Source: the human T2T-CHM13v2.0 reference genome, Homo sapiens
Strand: one strand, 5' to 3'
Assembly: GCF_009914755.1 (NCBI RefSeq)
Contig: NC_060926.1
Length of the DNA: 64,000 nucleotides
Part shown: piece after piece, positions 13,601-27,838 of the stretch
Position numbering within the stretch: the stretch's first letter is position 1
How the letters are laid out: each line of letters opens with the position of its first letter
Notes under the pieces: model-generated
What the model was told of the DNA's origin: nothing
The model's database searches: none
Seen by the model: only the letters and a program-made list of their open reading frames with translations
Position numbers and translations under genes: made by a program

Positions 13601-15200
13601 GAAACACTCAACAAACTAAGAATAGAAGGAAACGAACTCAACAAAATAAAGATCATCCAACATAGGAAAAACCCACAACTAGCATCATACTCCAGAGTGA
13701 AAGACTGAAAGCTTTTTGTCTACCATTGAAATAAGTCAAGGATATACTTCTATTCACCATAGTACTGAAAGTCCTAGACAGAGCAGTTAAGGAAGAAAAA
13801 GAAATAAAAGCCATCAAATTGGATACGAAGAAATAAAATTATCTCTGTTTGTAAACAACATGATCTTAAGTATAGAAAGCCCTAAAGATTCCACACCCAA
13901 AAAAAACCCACCTGTTAGAACTAATAAACAAATTCAGTAAAGTTACAAAATCAACATGCAAAAATCAGTTGTGTTTCTATACATTAACAACAAACCATTT
14001 AAAGAAGACACAAATATATGGAAAGAAATCACATTTTCATTAATTGGACCCTTGCCTTTCTCCATATACAAAAATTAAAACAGATCAAAGACCAAATGCA
14101 AGAGGTAAAAACCATGAAAGACTTAGAAGAAATCTTAGGGGGAAAGGTTTATGACATTGGATTTGGCAGTGACTTTTTGCATATGACACTGAAAACAGGC
14201 AACTAAGGAAAAAATAGTTAAGTTGGACTTCGTCAAAATTAAAACTTTTGTGCGTCAAAGGGCACTATCAACAGAGTGAAAAGGCAACCCACAGAATAAA
14301 AGAAAATATTTGCAAGTCATATTTGGTAAGAAATTGATATCTAGAATATATAAAGAACTACAGCTCAACAACAACAAAACCTGGATTTAAAATGGGCAAG
14401 GGGCTTTAGAGATTTCTCCAAGAAGTTATACAGATGGCCAATAAGCATATGAAAAGATGCTCAGCATCCCTATTCATTAGTAAAACCACAGTGAGATGCT
14501 ACTTCACACCCATTGGTGTGGCTGTTATTCAAAAAAGCAAAATAAGTGTTGGCAAGGATGTGTAGAAATTAGAACCCTTATGCATTGCTAGTAGGAATGT
14601 AAAATAATGCAGCCATTGTGGAAAATGGTATGGCAATTCTTAAAAAAATTAAACATAGAATTACCATATGATTCAGCAATCCTACTACTCTTGGTTACAT
14701 ACCCAGAAGAAGTGATAGCAAGGACTCAATTGGATATTTGCACATTCAGGTTCAGAAAAGCATTTTTCACATTAGGCAAAAGGTGGAAACAACCCAAGTG
14801 TTCATAAGCAGATGAATGGATAACTGTAAGGTGGTATATACACACAACATAGTAGTATTTAGCCTTAAAATGGAAAGAAAATTGTACACGTGCTACAGAG
14901 TAGAACCTTGGAGATGTTATGCTAAGTTAAATCAGTCACAAAAGCAGAAATATTGTATGATTAAATTTATGTGAGACACTAAGAATAGTCAAATTGATAA
15001 AGACAGAAAGTAGAAGGGTAGTTGCCAGAGGTTGAGAGGGAGGAAGGAATGAGGAATTACTGCGTAATGGATACAGAGTTTCAGTTAGGAAGGATGAAAA
15101 AAGTTTCTGGAGGTAGATGGTGGTGATGGCTGCACAACAATGTGAATTTTTTATTTGATATATATTTTACCATATTTTTAAAAACTCTATTACAAAAAAA
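10685..15200 (+). mobile_element. Fragmented old L1 (L1M) ORF2 and 3' UTR, with nested Alu (~11386-11700) and MaLR LTR
   Basis: Endonuclease-like (GHYIMIMG, YA..ARAPKYMKQ), RT-like and C-terminal (WQFLKKLNIELPYD) remnants. The 10685-11310 part is a separate 3' ORF2 piece. Confidence 0.9.
12991..13356. mobile_element. MST-like MaLR solo LTR inserted in L1
   Basis: Termini tgctatggtttgaatg...cagactaagaca with exact 5-bp TSD atatt; internal 30-bp tandem duplication at ~13205-13265. Confidence 0.85.
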
Positions 15201-16044
15201 AGAATTGGTCTAGCCTAGATAATCTTAGTAGCCATGTTTTATTGCTATTCAACTTGTCACTCATCAATTTATATAAACTCACCAGCCTTTTACCACTTAG
15301 CTGTCTATACTCCACATCAGTTCTTCTCTCAGTGTTTCTTCCAGTTCACTGCAATTTGAGACTCAGAAGTTTTTCTTTGAGAAGTCAGTATGCTGTATCC
15401 ATTAAGGAACATTCTGTTCAGGAAAGACATCTAAGTATTCCAAATTGATAAGGGAGGTAAAGACAAAACAGATAAGTGATTTTTAAAATATTATTGGCTT
15501 AAATTACGAAAGCACCACATGCTTATTTTTTTTAAAGTAAACAATTCAAGATGTACAGGATATAAAGTGATAGTCCTCTCCCTCACTCCCCAGGGCTATC
15601 CATTGTTAGTAATTGGGTATATATCCTTTCAGAGTATGAGAATCATATTTTTTCAAAAATGCAAGCATGCTAATCTGAAAAAGGTTTTAAATGTTTTAAT
15701 GTCATCATCTTCATCACTAAGATTTGTTGAGGTTTGTTTGCCAGAGAGCTTTACAGTTATTTAATCCTTGTATAAATCTTATGAGGAAGTATTATTTTCA
15801 TTTTTTGGATGAGGAAAATGAAGTGAGAGAGATGAAGTAACTTGCCCACAACCACATAGCTACTAAGTTAGTAGAATTAGTAGAGCTAGAATTTGCAAAA
15901 AATGTTTGACCACAAACTTCTTGTCTATAACTTCTCTGCCAAAAATTGTCAATAGTCTTTCAGGTTTGTACATATAAACCTACCTCATATCATGAATACC
16001 TGACAATACCTTGTACTACCCTTCCTTCTTAAAACACTATTTTT

Positions 16045-16330
16045 CTTTTTTTTGAGATGGAATCTCACTCTGTTGCCCAGGCTGGAGTGCAGTGGCGCTC
16101 ACTTGGCTCACCTCTGCCTCTTGGGTTCAAATGATACTCCTGCCTAAGCCTCCTGAGTAGCTGGGATTACAGGCGCCCACCACCACGCCCAGCTAATTTT
16201 TTTATTTTTAATAGAGATGGGGTTTCACCTTGTTGGCCAGGCTGGTCTCGAGCTCCTGACCTCAAGTGATCTGCCCACCTCAGCCTCCCAAAGTGCTGGG
16301 ATTACAGGTGTGAGCCACCATGCCCAGCCC
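16045..16330 (-). mobile_element. Alu
   Basis: Reverse-complement Alu preceded by a T-rich tail. Confidence 0.95.
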
Positions 16331-17682
16331 TTACTTTCTATTCTTACATGAACCTTCTCATTTTTTCCTGTGGCTTGAGATATCTGTGACAATTAACTCC
16401 TAAATTTATATTCCTAGTCCAGACCTGCCCTCTGAACTGTATACCCATTTGTATCACTGCTACTTGGAAGGCATATTAAACTGAATATCCAGACCTGAAC
16501 TTACATATTCACCATTTTTTCTCACCTGTACCATTGCAAGAGAGTAATGAGTTTAATAAGCTGCTGCGTGGAATAATACTACCTTTTATTTTCCCTAAAT
16601 TTACTTCACATAAATTTCAAAGGATAATCTCTCCTCTTACCACTACTAGTGTCCTGCTACTGATCACGAAGTATATTTATTTTACCTGGCCTCTAAATTG
16701 TGTTTATCTCTTTTAGTTCTAGACTAAATTTTCCATTGTTATGCCTAGGCCCTCTTGCCACCATGCTGTTAAATTGTTTTTTTTAGAACCTCTAGTCTTA
16801 AAACATGGCTCTTTTTAGCTTATCCTCTGGTACAGCCCTCATTCTAGACCATACTAAAATACCAGACAATTTCAGATACATGGAAGTAGCGCACTAATCT
16901 CAAATACACAGAAGCAGTCTTCTTCCCTTCAGCATTTAAATTCATATTACTTCATAAATAAGAAAGGAAAATTAACATTTAATGAATGAGCGTATTCTAC
17001 AGGTGTCACAGCCCTACAAAAGTAGACATTGTTAGCTTTATTTTCAAATGAAGAAACCTAGACTCAGAAATGTTGATTTTCCAATCTAAGTTGCAGAATC
17101 TATACTGAAACTAGGTTTATCAGACCGAAGACCATATTCGTTATACTAACCTAGCTAAGTCATAGCTCATTCCAGGTTTTCAAACTGTTTTCTTCCCATT
17201 GCTATGAATAACTTAATATAGTCTCCTCTCTCCTTGGATGAATCCTTACTTTGTGATTTATACATCTCTTTTTAGCAAGAGAGGCTAGAGCATAAAGTTT
17301 GCTATGAATATTTCCTTTACTCATCCTTCAATTTATCATGTGCCAGGGACATCATATATGCTAGCAATTAAAAGATAGAGCATTCACTTAAAGGGTTCAC
17401 AGTCAAATACTGCTTATTCCATTTCTTGGCATGTGTAAGCATTCATACATACCCACACTAAGAGGTCTTCTGTTCATTCCAAGGTAGAGGAATCTTTTAA
17501 TCACAATAGCCTCTGACCAGACAACTTTTACTATGCTTACAGAATAAGACAAAAGATTATTATGGAGAGTATAGGGTGGTAGAGTTGGTTTGGCCCCTGA
17601 ATTGGTTATTATATAGGATACGCTATTACAGAGAGACTAAGAAATACAGTGCATAAATATAAAAGTTGACTTTTGTCTGTGC

Positions 17683-17825
17683 TTGGCACAAAGATTCATG
17701 TGAGTAATCCCAGCGCTTTGAGAGGCTAAGGCAGGAGGATTGCTTGAGCCCAAGAGTTCAAGACCAGCCTGGGCAGCATAGCAAGACCCTGTCTTTATTT
17801 AAAAATAAATAAATAGATAAATAAG
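17683..17825 (+). mobile_element. Alu monomer (FLAM-like) within an MLT1-like LTR (~17610-18180)
   Basis: Left-arm Alu sequence with a TAAA tail; flanking ccagaacttagtcacatg is MLT1-like. Confidence 0.75.
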
Positions 17826-20040
17826 TTCTCTCTTTTGTAGCAGTCCACAGGTGACTAGAACAGGGCTAGTAAGGCAGCTCTACCATTCTTAAAATATGGT
17901 TTCCCTCTCCCAAATCACAATGGCTGCTCTCCTCATTTCCTTGCCAGTGAGAAGGGGAAGAGAAGTGAAGAGCAGGCAGCTTTCTTTTAATGATGTTGTC
18001 CAGAATTTGTGCAGATGATTTCTGTTCACACCCTCTAGCCAGAACTTAGTCACATGATCACATCTAGTAGTGAAGAAGGCTGGTAAATATATCCTCTAGC
18101 TGGGTGACCATGTGCCGTGTTAAAACTCTAAGAAAGAAAGAAAATGGATATGGGGAATAATTAGCAGTCCTTGCCACATCTTTTGGCTGACTACGCCAAA
18201 ATTGCCTGGAGAGTTTCAAGTATCACAAGACTCCATAATATGGAATTAAATATTTAATCAGTTTATTACTCATACCAAGTTACTTGTCATCAATTTCTGC
18301 CACTGTTCCATGAGAGAAATTTCTATTGCTTCTTTGACCATCTTTCCAAGAGTAGAATCAGTAATAAAATAATTAAAACATCTGAAACTGTTAAAACTGA
18401 TAGCAATTTACAAGTCAGATTACCATAATCGTAAATGATTAGGTTATAGAAAACCTGCAGCTGGCCTCTCCTGCTTGTCCCAAGATTCTTTGTATTATGT
18501 AATTAGAAAATAGAAATCTCTTTGTTGAGAAGAGAAATTTGAAATGGAATTTTTCTCTTCTTGCCCCCTCTTGATTAAAAGAGAAAAACTGACAAAGTCT
18601 TACATAGAAAGGAAGCATTCTCCTTAATTCTAAAATTATTCAGATGCTATGATGTATTAACTGCTTTTTCTTTGTACCGAGAAGAAAAGTGAAGGATACA
18701 TAATATTTAAAACCATGCAATTTGCTAAGCAAAGAGTCTTATTGACTTGCCAGTAAGGCTGAAGAGAAGGCCTAAAATAAGAGTAAATTTGACTGTGCCT
18801 TGTCTTTTTATCATAAGTTACAGATCTTCTCTAATGTTTTTCTGACAATAAATGTTAAGCGATAAGGACCGTTTTGTTGTCAGATTGCTTTACTCAAGAG
18901 CTAGTCTTGACCCATGTGAAATGTAAACCTTTAGCCTAAGGCTTATGCTACCTCTAAAAGCTTGTAAAACATATTTTAAAGGATTGCAAACGGCATAAAA
19001 TACCTTTATTGTAGGTACTGTGTTAAAAAAAATCCTTCATTTTCACATAAAATGTAAATGGCCTCATTATTGTTTACCACTCTTTTTTTTATGTTTTTTT
19101 TCCCCCAACAACATATATACTCTATCCAAAGTGTTGATGGGGTAAAGCAGTTCATTCTGGTTTTTTTTCCTAATGAAGCTACTGGTATTAGAATAAAAGT
19201 GCTCCAGGTAGTTTCTGATCAAAGCTTTATTTCTTTGTTGTACATTGTCAGTACTTTGCCAGTAGATTCATTTTCCACGTTATCAGAATGGAAGATATTT
19301 GTATCCTTTCTTCCAAGGTTTTACTTCCAGAAATATGTCGTGTTAAAACTTTTAGTCAGGTATGTAGGATATATGTTCAAGGAGATTGGTTAATAAAGAA
19401 TTAATGATATTCATTCAAAAATATATTGAGCAGCTACTATGTATCCGGAACTGCACTAAGTACTAAATCTACAATGATAAGCAAACAGACATGCTTGCTT
19501 CCTGCTTCATGGAATGGTGGCACAGTCTAGTAAAGCAGAGACTAATCAAACAATCTCACAAATATAGCTTGAAACTCTGATCAAAGTATCAAGAAGAAAG
19601 GTAAATTGCTATTAGAATGTCTGTTGGGGACTTGACCTAATCCAGCAGGTCAGAGAAGATTATCATTATATAATGATTTTTGAAAGGGCAGGTTTGGAGG
19701 GCTTTTTAAGTTCAAGGACCTGCATTGTAAAACCCATTGGCCTAAAAGAACTTAAAGTATAAGGGAAATAGTGCAATGAGAAGAGTCAGGGGCTCTTAGT
19801 AGGGACTTGGAGACCATATTAAGGACTTTCGGTTCTTTATTCTAGGAGCGTAAGGAGCCATTTAAGGTTTTTTGGGGGACAAGGGTGAGGGGTAGGGAAA
19901 AAGTATGGAGTAATATGATTACATGTGCATTTTGCAAAGAACACAGTGGCTACTAGAGAATAGGCTATTGCAGCAGTCCATTAAGGATGTGGTAATAGAT
20001 TTAAGAGATATTAATAGTTGAGATTAAACTTGATACTTGG

Positions 20041-20349
20041 GGCCAGGCGCAGTGGCTCATACCTGTAATACTAGCACTTTTTTTGGGAGGCCCAGGCAGG
20101 CAGATCACTTGAGGTCAGGAGTTCAAGACCAGCCTGGCCAACATGGTGAAACCCTGTCTGTACTAAAAATACAAAAATTAGCCAGGCGTGATGGCGGGCA
20201 CCTGTAATCCCAGCTATTCAGGAGCCTGAGGCAGGAGAATCACTTGAACCCAGGAGGTGGAGGTTGCAGTGAGCCTAGATCACGCTGCTGCACTCCAGTG
20301 AGCAAGACAGAGCTCCGAAAGAGCAAGACTCCATCTCAAAAAGATAAAT
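20041..20349 (+). mobile_element. AluS-like with TSD, inside L2-like sequence
   Basis: TSD aaa(c/a)ttgatacttgg at ~20026-20040 and 20350-20364. Confidence 0.95.
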
Positions 20350-20814
20350 AAAATTGATACTTGGTAATGGATTGGCTGTACAACAAATAGATGTCAAAGA
20401 TGGTTACAGCTTTCTGTATAGATAAGAGCACCATATACTGAGAAAAGGAATACTAGCAAAGAACCAGACTTTTGGCGGGGTAGAGAGGAGAGATGAGAGG
20501 GAGTGGTAATTGGGGGAAATCATCAGTTTTGAATATTCTAAGTGCTTCCCCAGGAACAGTTGGCCACATAGATCTATAGCTTAGAAGAGAGATCTAAGCT
20601 AGAAGAAAAATTTGAGCTACTGGCATGGATGAGATTACCTAGGAAGAGAATATATAGCAAGAGAGGGCCTCAGGTGAGCTAGAGGTACTAATACGATGTG
20701 GCATAGTGGTTAGTTAGGGGCTTGGGCTTTGTATTCAGGCAAGCCTAGATTCAAATCTTAGCTCTACTATCTACTGGGAAATCTTAATAATTAAGATTAA
20801 AATTGATACTTGGG

Positions 20815-21049
20815 GGCCAGGCGCGGTGGCTCACACCTGTAATCCCAGCACTATGGCAGGCCGAGGCAGGCGGATCACTTGAGGTCAGGAGTTCAAAACC
20901 AGCCTGGCCAACATGGTGAAATCTTGTCTCTTCTAAAAATATAAAAATTAGCCAGGTGTGATGCGGGAGCGCTTGTAATCCCAGCTACTCAGGAGACTGA
21001 GGCAGGAGAATCACTTGAACCTGGGAGGTGGAGGTTGCAGTGAGCCTAG
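20815..21049 (+). mobile_element. 3'-truncated Alu copy interrupting a MIR (~20700-21180)
   Basis: No A tail or TSD; the MIR core ctcagtttcctcatctgtaaaatg resumes right after it. Confidence 0.9.
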
Positions 21050-21724
21050 GCAGATTATTTTGTACCTCTTTAAGACTCAGTTTCCTCATCTGTAAAATGT
21101 GGGAAATAGTCTCCTGGGAAGGTTGGTTTAAGGATTAAATGAGATAAAGAAAATAAAACTGATTTTGGTACATAGTATTAAATGAAATTATCACATGATG
21201 ATAATGTGTTGCTGAGTTGAAAAATTTGGTTGCGGAATAGTTCTCATTTGTAAAAAAGTGTGATACGTATACACACATGTATACAGGAGTTCTGAAAGGG
21301 TATATACCAAAATGTCAATAGCAGTTACCCTTGAGGAAAAATGGAAGGCAAAGTAAGGGATGATACTGCCATGTTTTACTTTGTACATATCTGTACGTAC
21401 TTGTACATTATTTTTGTTCTGTTGGTGGTAGTCGTCATTTTGTTATTTGAATTTTTCAACAAATGTGCGATTTTTATAACTATAGCCATTAATCTTTAAT
21501 CGTTTAGTCCATTTTGTCTCTTTGTAAACTTCGAACAATCAGGTGTTGGTTTTTTGTTTTGTTTTCTTTGCTTGACAGAATGTTTTTGATTCAATGGAGA
21601 TACCATACTGATTTCTCGTGAAGAAACACCTGAATCCTAGGTTACAACGAACTAGAAAAATGACTGAGAGATCTGGCTTCGGTGATAACCAGAGCTTTTG
21701 TTCATAAACATGTGCTACATGCTC

Positions 21725-22795
21725 TGTGTCTTAGTCCATTTGCACTCTATAACAAAATACCTTATACAAGGTAATTTGTAAATAATAGAAATTTATTTCT
21801 CACAGTTTTAGAGGCTGAGAAGTCCAAGATCGAGGCTCCAGCAGGCTTGGTGTCTGGTGAGGGCCCAGTCTCTGTTTCCAAGATGGCACCTCATTGCTGC
21901 ATCATCTAGTGGAGATGAACACTGTGTTCTCATATGGCAGAAAGGATGGAGGGCAAAAAGGACTGAACTCTGTGTGAAGCCCCTTTTATAAAGGCCTTAA
22001 TCTTATTCATGTGGGAGCAGCCCTTATAACTTAATACCTCCTAAAAGGCCCCACTTCTTAATACCATCACAATGGGGATTAAGTTTCAACATGAATTTTG
22101 GTGGGGACACACATTCAGATCATAGCATTTCACCCCTGGCTCCCCCAGATTTATATCCTGCACACATACAAAATATATGAGATAAATGCACGTGATACAC
22201 ATTTATTCCATCCCAAAAGCCCCCAAAAGACTTACCTTGTTCCAGCATCAACTTTAAAATCTAAAGTTTCATCTTAACACTATCTAAGTCAGATACGGAG
22301 ATGAGACTCAAAGTACAATTCATCCAGAGACAAATTCCTCTTCAGCTGTGAGCCTATGAAATTATACAGTTATATGCTTCCAAAAGACAATAGTGGGACA
22401 AACAGGATAGATATTCCCACTCCAAAATGGAGCAACAGGAAAGAACAAAGGGCTAACAGGTTCTAACCAAATCCAAACACCTCAGATAAACAACAAAAAA
22501 CTCAGTAGGGCAAACATTAAACCCTGAAGCTTGGGTGTAGTCTTTTACTCCCATTTCTCATTTTCTGGACACACTGGGGTGGAAGTTGGACCCCCAAGGC
22601 TCCAGGCAACCCTACTTCATCACATTGCTGGCTGCATTTCTTGTGTGTTGGAGTTGCATGCCTTTGGGTCTCCCAGCCTGGAGTTGCACCCTGGTGGCTC
22701 TACTGGTCTGGGGTCTTGGGATGGCCCTGCCTGGGCAACTCCACTAGGAATTGCCCTGATGGTGACTCTCTGCATTGGCCTCACTCCCACGGCTG
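21725..22795. mobile_element. MaLR LTR (MST/MLT1A-like) plus adjoining internal sequence
   Basis: tgtcttagtccattt...cattcagatcatagca LTR followed by MaLR-internal-like sequence. Confidence 0.75.
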
Positions 22796-23957
22796 TGGAT
22801 ATTATTTAGATACCTTGCTCATTGTTAAAAACAGGAACTAATATTTCCAATGAGCATATCGCGAGACAAATACTTTATATATTCTGTGTCTTTCAATCCT
22901 TCAGGTAAGTATAATTTTCATTTACAGAGGAAGAAACCAAAAGCTCAAAGAGGCAAGTAAATTAATCAGGACCGAAACACAGGATTGTAAAATAAAAATA
23001 GTTTGTCATAGTTTACCATTTGGCATGCTGAGAAATTGGTGGCAGCACTGTCACCTAAAAGTAGATAATTAGATTGGAAATCTGATCTGTCAAATTGCAG
23101 ATCTTCTAGATAAATCTTGGTACTGGAGGGTGGGAACGTACAGGGCTTATAACCTAGTAGGCAGAAAATGGTTGAAGAAAGACTTGTGTAAGCCAGGATC
23201 TCTGGGTTGCTGATCCTGTTTGATCTCGTACTATTTAAAGAAAACTCAAAATTGAAGTTGATTCTTAGCTTACCAAAATTTCAAGATGTATTTTAATTAG
23301 ATTGTGTCTAATTAGTTTCTATCTAAAGTGCTATGTATTAGGATAATTAATATTTAATTATCTTCCTTCATGAACTGTAGAGCTTCCTATGGAGAGCATT
23401 TGTGGTAGCCACGCAAATCCTTTAGTAAATCTTTCATTCTCTTTATTAACCTTGGAATAATTTGAAAGGTTTTTGAATTGGGACTATTTCTTTTTTTTTT
23501 CAATCCACTCAACATTTATTAAATTCCTTAATAAATCATTGGAGGAAAGCAGTGATATTTTTGAGAATATTGCAATTAATTATTGAGGATGAGAAGAAAT
23601 GTTTGACTTAGGATATTATAGATAACTTAAGGGCACTTAAACTTTTTTTCCCCTATGTAAGAAATAAGTGCCTTGGAAAATACAAAAAAAAAATGTTCAA
23701 TACCAGCAATAGGAAACAATTCAATTTATGGAACTCTATTTTAATATTTATGATACTCATGGAAATTTAAACATCTATCTACAGAAAATTATAGGAAATA
23801 TGCTGCCTTAGTTTTGAAGAGGAAATACTGAAATTTTGCCTGGATAAAAGGGCAATTTTTAAAATAAACTTTTTGCTTTGCTTATCATAATCCAGAGTAT
23901 GGGCAACCATTTTTGATAAATTTAGGATGTGTGCTATATTTGATCACCAGTGTTTTA

Positions 23958-24194
<237 letters not shown>

Positions 24195-25037
24195 TTAGAT
24201 GCTGGTAGACCACTTGTTTTGCTAGTCTTTGAAATTGGAAGGAGTGTCAAATACACAGAAGCCAGAGTCATCTTGGCCAGATGGTGTTTGATACAGATGG
24301 ATGGTTAGTTGTCATGCAGATCTCCTAGTTGGTAACTTGTTGCTGCCATCTGACTCAAAGAATCATTCACACACACTGGCTGTCAAAAGCATCTTCTTTT
24401 CTGTCTGTTTTAGCTGTCATGTCTGTGCTCTGTACAGAAGTGTTGACAAGACATTGCTGTTGTACATTTTCAATGTGGTTGTTAGTGAGTTTTCTGTTTC
24501 GTGGGGTCTTTGATAGTGCTAGAATGTACTTGCTTTGTAATTGTATTTTAAAAAAATACTATGACTGTGCAACAATAATCTGACCTTGTAAAAGGACTTT
24601 TCTGGTTTTAAGTTTAGGCAGATATGTTCTGTGAACAAAAGCATTTAATCAAATGAAAAAAAAAAGACTAGTTTCATTTACTTTCCAAATAGCAAATAAA
24701 CCAAGTTCTACTGGTTATTTCCCAGTTTGATGTAATATTTCCTTTTGGTCTTTCCCTCTCATAGTCTGTGGTCAAAATCTTTGTACTTTTTTCTGAATAT
24801 GCATTTTCTCAAATTACTACCTTTTTTCTAACGGTATAAGCTTCCCTTTTTAAAAAAAAGAATCTTCAAACATTACCTATCTTTTGCATCCGTTTTCTCA
24901 AACTTAGTTTCCCTTTGTCGTATTTACCTACTGACCTTGTTTCTGTTTTTAGTGTTTCTAGAGAAATATAAGCAAAAGCATTCCTCCATTCCTTCAGATC
25001 ATTTCTGAAAGCATATCTGTTCCTCTGATATTTCTTT

Positions 25038-25130
25038 TTTTTTTTTTTAAGTGAAAGCAAGTTTATTAAGAAAGTAAAGGAATAAAAGAATGGCTACTCC
25101 AGAGGCAGAGCAGCAGCATGGGTTGCTCAA
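25038..25130 (-). mobile_element. Polyadenylated LTR fragment (MER41-like) with a 15-bp TSD
   Basis: Minus strand reads ggagtagccattcttttattcctttactttcttAATAAActtgctttcactt then poly(A); TSD ctctgatatttcttt at 25023-25037 and 25131-25145. Confidence 0.8.
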
Positions 25131-26408
25131 CTCTGATATTTCTTTAACAAGTTAATTAGTTTGTTTATTCAACTAATATTTACTGAGCATCCTAATATGT
25201 GCCAGGCACTCTGTAATACTCTGGAGATATCAGGAGGAAATACTCTCTACCCTTGAGGAGTTCAGTCTAGAGGGAAATCAGACATTAGACAATTAGACTA
25301 GAATATTATAACTGCTAAATACAAGTATGTGAAAAGTGTAGGAGGAAAACATGGACTCTTGCTGTTCTGTTTCCCTTACTATACTTCCAGAGTGTTGGTT
25401 TTTAAAATTATTGTAGACTTTGCTCGACCTTTATAATACTTTATTAAGTAGCTTAAGAAGTAGTTAAAACTTCAATTTGAAATAGCCATTGATCCATTAA
25501 TTTTTCTTAGCTATTGAATACATTTTCAGGATTATTTATTTATTGTAATATCTTATATGCAGATGTGCTAAAGTATGTTTTTTAAGCCAGAGAATAGAAG
25601 ATAAAAATTAACTGGCAGAAGCTTTCTGAGTTGGTTTCAAAAGAAAATATATGGTTTCTTCATTAAGGTGGGAAAAAAAGACATAGAGACTTAAATAACA
25701 TAGGCATTTATTCTGCGCCTGTCTCTAACTTGCTAAGTTTTTTGGACTGGTTACTTAATCTCTGGACAGTATAATGTATATACCTATCAAAATAAAGTGA
25801 AAAAAATAGGTACTTATTGATTGATGTTTGTGAAGAACTTTGAGTTCTTGGAGAAAGCTTTAATTAGCGCAGAAATATATAGAGAAGACTGTAACTTGTT
25901 TGCTGATTCTTCAGCCCTGGTGGTGCTCTGTAGCCCAAGTAAATCTAAGGTATTTAGAATTTGCTGTAGATTTTTGGATCCTTCATTCAGTCAGCTTACC
26001 ACACTGTTTCTAGGGGGTTGGGTGTGAATTTATACAGGAATAAGATGTCTTATCCTGGGAAGCCAGGCCCTAGACTAGACTTGGGTATCAGTGATCAGTT
26101 CTGAGACGTATTCATTGGACATGCACTTCAGGTAGACCTACATGATTCATTCTTCTGTTCACAATAATAAAATGTAATTGGAATCCGTATTTCCTTTTTT
26201 AATTTTTCAGTGAACATATACTGAACATCTCCTATGTATAAGTTACTTAATCCATATGAATTCTGTGGGGAATGTGAAACTATGTAAGACTGCCTTTAGG
26301 CAATGTGCAAAGACAATGTACCACATGGGTTGCTTATCAGCTTTGTCAGTTATTCATATTTGGAGTGTATTACTTATAAAAGTTCACCTTTCATTTGGGA
26401 AAATGTAG

Positions 26409-26693
<285 letters not shown>

Positions 26694-27729
26694 GCTTTAA
26701 TTTCTTAAGCTAATTTATATTTGCTAATCTATGAACAGCTATGTAATTTATTAAAATTTTTAAGTTTATTGGTCTCTGAAAATAATAGAGCTTCACTAAT
26801 TTTGAACTTTAAGAATCAGTTTAAAGTGAAATATCTAGTATCTACTGAAGATCATTCTGAGATTATTAGAACTTCATTTTCATTTTATATTTCAAGGAAT
26901 TTGCAACTTAGTCATTATTTATTTATCCCTCCAGGGATAGAAATTGGTTAAAAAAAGAGTTCTCTGCTATTGTTTGGTGATACGCTTTTAAGACTGTACT
27001 AATTTGGTAATTGTGATACAACAGTTTCAAATTTGCTTGAATGTTTGCAGCATCTGTATTCCTCAGTACAAACTTGTGTCTTTTTTCATTGCTTTATTCT
27101 CACAGTCACTGCAATAACATAGCAAAATTAATGGATTAACAATATAAGGGAAACTGGCATTTAAGACACCAAAGGTCAACTATATTCTCTTAATTTCTTA
27201 AAACTTAGTGGAGAAGTTTCTGGTCAGTATAATTTTATAATTTGCATTTGTCCCTTTGATTTGTATCAACACTTCCTTAGTGTTTGTGTACTCTAAAAAT
27301 AAATTTAGAAGTGTGTTTATTTGAAAGACACAAAATCTTAATTTTTTAAGTTAGTATGTATTTTTAAAGAATCACTTTAATATAGCATCTGTTGTATCAT
27401 TTGTGCTTTTTTTTTTCCATTAAGGAATAAATGCTAAATTACAGTTTTGATCCTTACTGAAGGATCAGGAAATCATAGATTGAATCCTTGACTGAAATGT
27501 CTTTAAATAAGTTAATCTTTAAAACTTCTGCGGTGCTTTAAGTGTCTTAAATCACTGATGTTTGTAACAATTACAAGTACATTCCTGGAGCCAGTTTGTA
27601 TCTCATAAATCACAATACCTGCAAAATGACAATGTGGGCAACTCATATCTATTTATATTATCAATGGATGGTAAATATATGTTCATGTCTATCAGTGAAT
27701 TTCAGGCTAACTGGTTTTTATGTCAGCAG

Positions 27730-27838
27730 ACTGAGAACTATGAGCAGAGAATACGTGAACAACAGGAACAGCTGTCACTTCAACAGACTATTATTGACAA
27801 GCTAAAATCTCAGTTACTTCTTGTGAATTCCACTCAAG
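27730..27838 (+). CDS. TANK: TANK exon 3, TENYEQRIREQQ...LLLVNSTQ
   Basis: Acceptor tgtcagcag|ACT (NAGNAG); donor CAAG|gtatgt; 109 nt. Confidence 0.97.

Noticed and set aside
27448-27467. Hairpin tgatcctt-actg-aaggatca
   Set aside because: An 8-bp stem with a short loop is expected by chance in 64 kb.
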